A stretch of 64,000 bases of DNA from Eledone cirrhosa. Its lineage: Eukaryota. The notes beneath the pieces were generated by a model. The model worked only from the letters and a program-made list of their open reading frames with translations. It did not search any database and was not told where the DNA came from. Where the stretch lies: contig CAXHJY010001517.1 of assembly GCA_964016885.1 (NCBI GenBank), positions 1 through 64,000 on the forward strand. Reading direction: 5' to 3'. Shown here one piece after another: positions 53,893 to 64,000 of the stretch. A program made the position numbers and the translations under genes. The stretch's first letter is position 1. Each line of letters starts with the position of its first letter.

Positions 53893-54442
53893 CCCATTTT
53901 AAAGGGTTCCAATTTAAATTAAAATCTTCCAACATAAGTTTATATAAAAACTATATCTTAGTCATGAAATAATAATTTTAGTAAATCCCTCAAAATATTT
54001 CATTAATTAAAATAGAATGTATTTCATTAGAAATATGATCATAAAAGAATGTTTATAAAAATATTGATATTGTGGTTAGCCCCATGAAAAGAAGTGAATA
54101 AAGAAAGTGTCATTACTACTCATGCAAATTAGCATATTTCTAATAAAAGACACTGCCTATACTTGTGAAATAATTTGGAAAATAACCAAGAATTAAGGAT
54201 TTAATAGTGTAACTTTCTCAATAGTAAACTGCAGTTTGGAACAACTTTACATAAGTTCTTACAGAAATATGATAGATTTTAATGTAAACACAAACACTTA
54301 AAACTGGACAGTTTTGTATGATATAACCAGAAGCAGTTCCAGGCAGATTAATATCAAAAGAGTTAACTCTTTTGGTATCAGCCTGCCCAAAACCAGCTCT
54401 GGGTCTCAAACAAAACCCCCCATTTTAAAGGTTCGTATTTAA

Positions 54443-54643
54443 TCCTTTAGCATTTAAACCAGTCACATCTGGCCAGGATTTTCTCACCTTTTTCTGCTCA
54501 AATGGCCCATAACCAGCTGCTCTTACTGATGTTAAAGTATTGTTCTCAAAATAAATATCAAAATCTCATATATTCGATATTATGTGAGATAAAGTCTTTA
54601 CTTAAAAAATACAATAGTATATAGAGATGTAAATGCTAAAGGG
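54443..54643. mobile_element. piggyBac-type MITE family 1 nested in a MITE family 2 copy (~54367-54787)
   Basis: TTAA flanks. The host rejoins as ...ATTTAAATTAAAATCTTCC. Confidence 0.8.
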
Positions 54644-57077
54644 TTAAATTAAAATCTTCCAATAATAATTTTATGTAAGAACTGTAAGTTGCTATCATAG
54701 TAATGAAATAATTTTGGTAAATCCCTCAAAATTCTTCATTAATTAATTGAAATAGAATGTATTTCATTAGAAATAGTCACGAAAAGGTTAATGTCACTCA
54801 TTCCTCTCAGTATCAACAAAAATAGATGAAATGACAAATATTAGAGAAAAAAAAATCAAGGTTCTATGAAGACCAAAGAATGTTTGTTACAATTTAATGA
54901 GATAATTTTATGTAAAAATGGATCTTTGTCATTGTTCTATATGTGCTATTTAAATACTAATAAATAATCTAGATTCCAATTTGCCAAACAATTGAAAGCT
55001 GACACAAAAGGTTCTACAACTTATAAAGCACTTTTTTAAATCCTTTAATCAGTTAATTTGAATAAAGAAATGGCGTCTGACTGTTGTGAGTGATTTCAGA
55101 AGCTATCTAGTAAGAGTGTCTGAATAACAAATTTATGGTTAAGAAATTTTAAAATTGAGTCAGACAATCAGAGGTCAGTTGGAAGAGCATTCCAATAATT
55201 TAGAGTGTAATAAGAGAAAGCATTCTTCCCATAATTGTTATAAGAAATGATGTCAAGATTTAATATAGAATATCTAATAGGAAAAAAAAAAATCACTAAC
55301 TAGAATAATGCCAAAAAGAGATTTGCCAGTCAATAATTGTAGATAGTTTTCTATGTTATTATGTGTTCTAAACTATTTGGTTTGGTCATTTTCCAATATG
55401 GAGAGGAGATATAATATTGAAAAAGAAAAAAAGTATGCATAGTGTCTCTGGCAAATTTAGATGACTATTAACCCTTCAATACCCATATTTCTAATGTTTC
55501 AAGTGATTTTGAAAATGATAAAGAATTTGGAAAAATTTAATCAAGTAAATAACTTTTCCATTATTAAGTTGGTGTTAAGAACTTGGAACTTGGCCGATGT
55601 CGATACTATGGACAGAAATTCATGGAGAGCGGCTGTGAGACATTGCCTGGTGTTGCCTACCTTGGAGTCGGGGACAACTGCAGTACCCTAAAGACCAAAA
55701 CTGGATATGGATGGATAAGAGCATAACACAGTTCTTGAATATAATTATAACAGGTTTAAATTTATGTATAAATTTATATTTACATGGCTTCCAGCTGTAG
55801 AAACTATGCTAAAAGTAGTTGAGAGGACTCTTTAGTTGTTAAGGGTATGACCTTTCTAGTGTTGATAAAATGCATGCAACACACTCTATAAAAATGGTCG
55901 ATGATAGGAAGGGCATCCAGCCATAGAAAACTTACCAAACCAAGAATTGAGAGGACTCTTTGTGTTGAAGAAATGATAACCTCCCTAGTACAGGTGTCAT
56001 GATAAAATCCAGCCCACACTGTGGTAGTGCTGAAGTCACAACAAAATGCACCTGATGCACAATGTAAAATGTGGAAAGATAAGAGAGCAAGCATGTAGCT
56101 TGCTAAGAAAGGGGGTTATCAGACAGTGGGAGAGCAAGCAACATGTTATGATGTGGTCTTGAAGAGAGTTGCGCTTGGCAATATATTATAGAGAGTGGCC
56201 AGCTTTCTAGATATGTATGTTTTGAACAGGAAAAGTGTAGTGGGATGTAGCAAGGGTTGTGGGATAGGGGAGCATATCATCATCACCATTAAATGTCTAT
56301 TTTCCATGTCCATATAGGCCAGACAGGTTTTCACATGACTAGACCAGGCAGCTGACAAACTTGTACTTGATCTTTGTTGTATTCTTCTTTGGTCATTAAA
56401 CCATTTTCCTGCAGCATTTTGACTTATTCTGCTGTCAGAATCAATAAAATGAGAGCCAAAATAACTTACAGCATTATATCTGAACAAATTTAATAAATAT
56501 ACAACCACCCCTGTAAAAATTGGTCTTGTCTCAAGCCATAATAAATTATAAATATAAATAAGGACAGCAGATCAAGTCTCTGATCTACTCTTCAGCTATC
56601 TGTCTATAATCAGTTTATGTCTGTTTTCCCATACTGGCACAGGTTGGATGGGTTTCATAGTGACTCATCACTTGTCACAGTCCAAATTCAATTAGCTCAC
56701 ATAGAAATAGAATAAACTGCCAATCTTTGCAGTTGTGTATGTTAGGATATATTTTTTTTGCATAATTTTTATGGTTGGATGACCTTATCACCAACTGTAT
56801 AGCATGGTGTATTTTGCTTTACCATTGGCACTAAAGAGGTTGTCTTCAACATGAATAAAAAGTCTCCGGTGCCTTGCATTAGCTAGTTCTTCTAGATAGG
56901 TATTGTACATGTATCTTATGGAACCTAGATCAGATCTTTTTAAATATCTTTAAGACCATTTTTCTGACCAATTTAGGTATGTAAGTAAGCTTTAGAATAT
57001 GATTATGCGAACTCCGATTTGCAAAATTGTTGGAGGCAAGAGATTTTGCAATTGAATAAATAAAATGCTCTTCTTAA

Positions 57078-57288
57078 CCCTTTTAATATCAACCTGACCC
57101 TGGCTCAACAATACAAAATTGTTTTTAATTGTTTTAGATTTATCTAAAAACTTACCATCATAATTTATATTCCAAACACCAGCCTTAATAATGAGAAAGT
57201 TATATTACTAAATCCCACCAAATCCTGCAATATTTTCAAAATTATTTGAAAATAATAAGCAGACTCATTAGAAATGTAACAAAAGGGG
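57078..57288. mobile_element. piggyBac-type MITE family 2 (representative of more than 10 diverged copies, e.g. near 11200, 16680, 19670, 41460, 49130, 53825)
   Basis: TTAA|CCCTTTT(G)ATA(C)CAAC ... TCATTAGAAAT...AAAGGG|TTAA. Confidence 0.75.
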
Positions 57289-58969
57289 TTAATGGTATAC
57301 CAAAAACTATAAATTTGATATAGTATCCATTTTCCGTTCAGGAAAATGTGGAAAGCAGGGGTATCTTGCAAAAACAAAAAAAAAAGTTTGAACTCAGTAG
57401 ACAAACTGTACTACTAGCTCTAAAGTTCAAATTCTAACATTGTAGGAAACAGCCAATAAACCAGCAGCACATCCTTATTACCATGTGTGAAAATATAACA
57501 GAAAAGTGTTGACTTTATTTCCTGTAAGCAGCAGAGTTTTACGATATATTTTTAAATAATTGTTATACTACTCCTTATACAACATTGATTTGGTAACAAG
57601 GGTATTTGATCTGTCTTTATCCAACCCCTCTACCATCACCGATTATTTTTATTACACCCATTGTCATTAACACACTAGCTCTCCATCTCCTCCCACATCA
57701 GCTCAGTCCCTATTCACATATTCTCTTTCTCTCATACACTTTCCCTACTTTGACATTTACTACTTATTTACCATTTCTAGCTATCACATTCAATATCATC
57801 ACCTACTGCTAACCCTTGTTTTCCCAACCCCTATAACACTCTTACTTGTCATCTATCTCTTTTACCACCACTCTTCATTTCCTAACCATCACTCATTCTT
57901 TCCTTCCATGACACATACTTATTCTCTTAAATCCCAACTTCCATATTTGCTTTGAAAGAAGAGAGACTATTTAGAATATAGAAAATCCTTAGCCTTATAG
58001 TGGATAATACAATGTCTTTCATGTTGGAGCCTCGGTAAAATGCAGACTGTAAAGTGGTTGGCAATCAGACACAACAAAGTAAAAGAGCTATTTAGTCATT
58101 TCTAGGACATAAGCTCTTTATTACTGGTGTCACAATAAACACACCCAGTACATTTTGTAAAATGATTGGTTTTAGTAAGAGTATCAAAGGAATGGTCCTT
58201 CAAACTATCAAAGAGGGTAGTGACTCTGAACGAAGGAGCCTCTGCGTGGCTGGTTGACCTGCTAGAAATAACTAAATTTCCTTTAAATCACATCACATTG
58301 TCTTAATAAGAACACATTAAACATTGTAATAGTTCTTGATTTATTAAAAGACAGAAGAGTCGTAGTTGGAATGCCATTGACAACAAGTCTGCTCAATTAG
58401 GGTCAACCTGGTGTTAACGGAACACACATACATATATCATCATCGTTTTAATGTGAACTTTTCCATGCTGGCAATGTTTTGCACCCAGATGCCATTCCTG
58501 ACACTAATCCTTTTAGCTGCTTCTTACAACAGGCAGAGATAAAGTGTACATATTCTAAAAAAAAACAGGGTTCACATTGGATCATCATCACCATTTAACA
58601 TCCATTTTCTATGCATGCATGGGTTAGACATGTCGCCTGCGTCGAGAGACAAGTCTGGTCAAAATTGGCCACACCATACCTTGCTCTGACAGGACTAAAT
58701 TTGGCCGGGGATTTTACAACTGGATGCCCTTTCAAACATCAATCACATTTACAATGTCAAACTAGATGGCACCATTATGAGGAGGGACAGGCCAGTCTAT
58801 ATACATATATATATAAATCTTTTCCTACTATATCAAGCATAAAACTAATATATTTTTCTGTGTACTATGTCGTTTACTTTGTTATTTCTGTTTGCTTATT
58901 GAATATATATTGGGCACTCTTTCAGTTGATGTTTGACTATTTTTATATTTGATTATATATAAAACACAC

Positions 58970-59154
58970 GCGGTGGATTGGCAGTATCGGTAGAGGGTCT
59001 GACGCCATGCTTTGCAGCAAAGAGTTACGGCTCTTTATGATCTGAGTTCAAATCCCGCCAAGGTTAACTTTGCCTTTCATCCTTACGGCGTCGATAAAAT
59101 AAAGTACCAATAATGTATTGGGTAATTGCTGGCCTGGTGCCAAAAGTAGAAACA
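58970..59154 (+). mobile_element. Young SINE family B copy with 18-bp TSD
   Basis: ATTATATATAAAACACAC at 58952-58969 and 59155-59172. Confidence 0.92.
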
Positions 59155-59977
59155 ATTATATATAAAACACACCTATTAATGCAAAATAATCATTATAAAC
59201 CTTTTATGTAGTTATTTTTTAAAATAATTTTGGTTCTCTTACATGACAGAATAAATAAATTTGTAAAGAAAATTTAGAAGCCTATGTAATTTATTTTATC
59301 ATCATTTAACATGCATTCTCCCTGCTAGCAAGGGTTGGACAGGTCATCATAGACCTAGTCTGTACTCAAGCGGTGTTACTGACCACTCAGACTGACCGGG
59401 GAAGTGGGGGGGGGGGGGCACATGTTAATAAAAAAAATTGTCATAATTGTTTGAGAAATGTAATGACTTCTGTTTATTCAACCAAACCTTATTCTATAAG
59501 CGACATGTATGCTAGGACAACTCATTTGATTCGAGACATACCTGAAAATCAGCTGTAAAATGTATTGGTAGAAACTCAGAACCGCATCACGGTTCAGTAT
59601 ATGTAATGACAACAGTAGACATATTGAAAAGTAACTCAAGAATAAATCTGAATTTAAAATATAATAAATTATTTAATTTATTCTTTTCACAGATTAACAT
59701 TACAATAAACAGCAAAAGTAATACAAATATAAAATTACACAAGGACTTTATAATGACATATGTGCGTATATGTCATTGGAATGTTGAAGAGTGTAGTGTT
59801 TAGTCAATTTATTTGTTAACCAATTAATCTATTTCCTTAAGGTCTTGCCTGGAACTGTTAGACTTGTTGGCTCACACACTCCCATTCTTACTAACTTAAA
59901 ATTAATAACCAGTGTGATTGTGTGTGAATGAGATGTCCACATTAGTCACTGCTCAGAAATTGACTATTATTTTGTTA

Positions 59978-60170
59978 TTGGCAGTATTGGATTGGCAGTA
60001 TCAGTAGAGGGTCGGACACCATGCTTTGCAGCATAGTTACGTCCCTTTACGATCTGAGTTCAAATCCCGCCGAGGTTAACTTTGCCTTTCATCCTTACGG
60101 GGTCGATAAAATAAAGTACCAGTAATGCACTGGGTATTGCTGGCCTTGTGCCTAAAGTAGAAACAATTAT
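59978..60170 (+). mobile_element. SINE family B
   Basis: Family consensus, flanked by an ATTATTTTGTTA direct repeat. Confidence 0.88.
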
Positions 60171-60199
60171 TTTGTTAATAATTACGTGATCCAATCTGT

Positions 60200-63100
60200 G
60201 GCAGATTTGAAAGAATGTAACGTTTAATAAAGTTAAAATTCGTAAAACAAAACAAAATATTTTATCTTTAGGGTAAATAGTTTTTGAAATACATGTGTAG
60301 CACCAAAAAAGATAACAACAACCCGTTGCATAATCACATTATTATTAGCTTGCCGACAATATTAAAGCAATAAAACAATAGCGTAACATTCCTTCAGATA
60401 TTCAATGAAAAAGAGTAGAGAGAAAAATAAGAGCGAGCGAGAGGTTCAAATGCTTTGGCAATTGTATTAATAAAATATCTATGTTCACTAAACTGGAGAT
60501 GCACCCTAGTTACCTGTAAAAATAATACCTTGGTTATTGACCGGGTGACGGAAAAAAATATCACATTTTATTAAAAAAACCATAAAGAATCCTTAAAATT
60601 AGAATGAGGGTATATGTGTTATTGTTTAAACCGCAGATCAGTCCTGCTCGAGTAGACCTGTGATTCCAGCCGTGACTACCACATCTTTTTTTATGTGCAG
60701 GGAGCCCAGAACCACGCTATGCAATGCGTTGTTTTCTAAGACGGCAATGTGTGTTTTGGGGGAGATTTGGTTGCTATCTCAAGCAGATCGAGTAACAACA
60801 GGTTCCTTTACTGGCTCATATGTGTACGTTCTTAATTTTTTTTCTTTTTAAAACTTGACTTTTTTCTCGTTAGTCCCGGGCCAGCGAAATTCAGGAAAAC
60901 AAATGTTTATGTGAGTTTGTGCTGTAACTAGTTTTTTCCTGTGACTTTTTTTTATCCCTGGGTTTCGCTGACCTGGGACGAAACAACGCCATGTTACGTA
61001 ACTGCTACACAATAATATATTTTACTTATTGCACTAGACTACACTATTCAATAATGACTAAGAATATTTCTGATTACTCATTTCTTTTCTACGCTTAGCA
61101 AATATTAATAAATATGAAATTTATATAATAAAGGCGTAAAAAGGTCTGAATGACAATATGTGCGATTTCAACGTGTAGTGACAACTCTAATAAACAAATA
61201 AAACAGATATTTATCATTAAAGGCATTACTCAAGAGGAATATAGAAAAAAAAGAAACTGTGTGAGGAACGGTGACTAAATCAACTGATGATAGGCAACCA
61301 GGGCAGGAAGTAAAAACATAACTGGGATCAAGATATTGTGATTTGAGTTTAGCACTATAGTTAGTGGAGCAATTTTATATTACTGGGAAAAAATCCAACT
61401 GGGTGTATTAACTGACAACATTAAAGCAATCGGTTGGCGATATTCGGGCGTTATGTGGCAAAAAGATAAATTTCATAATCATTATCTCTTTTTCTAATGA
61501 CATGCGAGAATAGCAAAAATAATAATAATATATAATAAATAAATGTCTATTTTGACATTTTGAAATGTGTGTTTGAAATGAACACGTGTCGGCAATTAAC
61601 GAGAGTAAACATATCAATGTTATCTCCGTCACAGATGCTGGAAAAAAATATATTCAATATTTAAAAAATGAAGAAAGGTTAAACCAATTATATATATGTG
61701 AAATAATGCTTTTTAGGCAAGAATTGTGGTTCTGATACTAGCCAAATGCATAACATAAAAGAAAGGATACAATCAAACACTTCTCGTCGTCGGCTAGTAA
61801 TTTTTTCACCAAAGGTATTGCCTCCATTATACCTGTTGAGTAAATCCAAAGCAGGCCTTAGCAAGAACACGTAGAAAAAATGGGATTTCCAAACTGAATT
61901 CCAGTTGAATATCGTTTATAATGAAAACATCCAGTAGACACAAATAGAATATTCTTTGTATAGGACAATAGAAATGGTCCGACTGGGTTACTCCGTTTGA
62001 ATGGCAGCTTCCAGGGACATCCAAAGCAGTAGATAAATTGAACAGAACAAACTAAATCGTTTACATTTCATTAAAATAATTCATTATTTTTTTGTTCCTT
62101 GTGGTAAAAAAAAGGAAACCAGAACTGTATATCTGTATTCATTTCCAGTCAGAAGAGAAGACATTCCTCTTGTATTCTACACCGAACACTTCCACTCGCC
62201 TAATGTGTCCCATTTATATGACTGAAAAGTAACTTAAAGGATTTCTTAAGATACTTATGTGTGTAATATTTGAAAAAAAATACTGAATTTACTGCAGCCA
62301 GAAGTAATAAATGTATCCTGTCATTTCTCCATGCATTATTCGCACCTCTGCCAATGTTTATACGGAAAGCACATAGAGAAAGTGATGCTAAAAATGTGTG
62401 TATGGATAATGACTCAATGCTTCTTTCTTACGAGTACAGTCAAATCTCAGTATCGATATCTATTTGATGTTAGACTAGCTTATGCAATTTGCACCTTAAC
62501 TGCACAATTCCGGTCATCAAAACAACCAACAGGTTCTTGCATTCGAAGCGTTATAATTTCATACAAGTCAGTTTCGCTAGCCTTCTTATTTAACGTTATT
62601 GAGTAACACGAGGAATTTGGAATGATTGTAGTTGAGAAAGAGATGACGCTGAAATAATTAGTTATCACATAAACAGCTAGTCAAAACATCAGTTTGAAAA
62701 TCCAATATAATGTTGTTGGTTTGTGTAGTGTACAGATGCAGGACCGACATTATGAATACAACAGAGCTAATAGATTTAGTTGCGTATTCAAACTTGAGAG
62801 AAAATATTTTTGAGGACAGGACGAAAGTTTTTCTTTTTTCTTTTTAGTTATTAGCAAACGCTTGTTAAACAAATCTATTTGTAAAATTTTTGTATAGTAT
62901 AACTAAATAAGTTCGATTTATATATTTATTAAAAGTTAATATTTTTCAAGAAATTATAATCGAAATATAAATTAGTATATATTTTCACAATATAGATTAA
63001 ATTAAAAAAAATGCATATTTTCTAATTTAGGCACACGGCCAGAAAATTAACGGGAAAAAAGAAAATCGATTAAATCGACCTCAATATTTAAGCGGTACTA

Positions 63101-63700
63101 TATTTTTTCGGCCCTGATATGATGAAAGGCGAAGATGACCTCGATCCGATTTAAACTCAGCACGTAAAGAGGTGGAACAAACAATTCTGTCAACCCACCA
63201 TCCCCAGTAAAACATGCCTAATGAGTTTAGGAAACGTATGAATGCGATAACGTCATATTTTCTATGTAGGTAATTTGTAATAAGTACTCTCCAATTGTAT
63301 GGCCATGGGTATTATTCAAGTACAGAATATTAATTGCTCAAGTCCAAGGTTTATTAGTTTATAGGTGAGATTAATAAGAATGCATACCCTCATCAAGGGC
63401 TTTATCAGTTTCTATTAGATCTATTATAGAATGTTAGTATTGATAATCTGCTTAGAATCGAAACAATTTCATCTAATTCTTTGGTAATAAAATATTCTAA
63501 TTTCAAAATCCGCAATTTGTTTCATTTAAAAGAGAGAGAAAAAATACTGTTTCGGGGTTATTTTCACTTTCGAAGCAATAAGATCTTTTGCATTTTCTTT
63601 CATATCCATTTGTCAATGTTGTCTGCCTAAATATTGTGTAGATTTACCTGTTTTTATTATCGAGTTCATTTTCATCAAATTTTAAAACAAAATTGCCAAT
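60200..63700 (-). promoter_or_regulatory. Probable promoter / 5' region of the INPP5B-like gene (relatively CpG-retaining)
   Basis: CG dinucleotides are visibly more frequent around and upstream of the ATG exon than in the introns. Judged by eye; TSS not located. Confidence 0.4.
61771..61827 (-). CDS. INPP5B: INPP5B/OCRL-like 5-phosphatase, coding exon 1 (MEAIPLVKKLLADDEKCLI)
   Basis: ATG at 61827, 57 nt, phase-0 end followed by donor GTATCCTTT. The peptide parallels the INPP5B N-terminus as I recall it (MDQSVAIQETLAEGEYCVI) and joins exon 2 in frame. An acceptor-like ...tcaacag lies 5 nt upstream of the ATG, suggesting an upstream UTR exon. Confidence 0.85.
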
Positions 63701-63771
63701 GAGACATTACATGGAACCGAAGACTAGTGATGATGCAATGTCTCATTAATATGGGTCGTTTTAAAGGGCAT

Positions 63772-63960
63772 TGGGTTGGCAGAATTGGTAGAGCCTCGTT
63801 TAAACTACCTTTGCCGTGTTTGTTCTGGCTGTTTACATTCTGAGTTCAAAGAGTACCAAGGTAAACTTTGCCTTTCATCCTTCTGAGGTCGATAACATAA
63901 AGTACCGGTTAAGTACTGAAATTGATTTAATCAGCTTTGCTTTCCCCCAAAATTTATGGG
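63772..63960 (+). mobile_element. Older SINE family B copy
   Basis: TGGCAGAATTGG...GAGTTCAAA...TTTGCCTTTCATCCTTCTGAGGTCGATAA. Confidence 0.75.
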
Positions 63961-64000
63961 ATGTTTCCAATTTCGTAAGAAAATGTATTATTGAATAACT

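Larger units (their letters stand above)
32506..61770 (-). other. U12-type (minor spliceosome) GT-AG intron, 29,265 nt
   Basis: 5' splice site GTATCCTTT at 61770-61762. Branch-site-like TTTCCTTAT with its A at 32520, 15 nt before the 3' junction. No polypyrimidine tract between it and the CAG. Confidence 0.85.

Noticed and set aside
61688-62024. ORFs 61688-61870 and 61827-62024
   Set aside because: They overlap or abut the real first coding exon. Only the 19-codon frame 61827-61771 fits the gene.

Overview
AT-rich eukaryotic genomic DNA, most likely from an octopus or another coleoid cephalopod. This is inferred from the repeat families: tRNA-headed SINEs, RTE LINEs with (GAT)n tails and huge (TA)n tracts. 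The window holds the 5' part of one minus-strand gene that I assembled by hand from six small in-phase coding exons (61827-61771, 32505-32426, 22855-22755, 20054-19947, 15849-15703, 10353-10234). They encode the N-terminal PH domain and linker of an INPP5B/OCRL-type inositol polyphosphate 5-phosphatase. I found no catalytic exons, so they presumably lie beyond the left edge. The first coding intron (29,265 nt) has minor-spliceosome (U12) signals. Everything else is intronic repeat: RTE LINE fragments (two carry a PHD-like finger inside the RT domain), at least three SINE families, piggyBac- and Tc1/mariner-type MITEs, non-autonomous Helitrons (often nested), minisatellites, a 98-bp fold-back palindrome, and several minimal hammerhead-ribozyme motifs of the Penelope-like-element type. 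All calls are by eye; no database searches were run.
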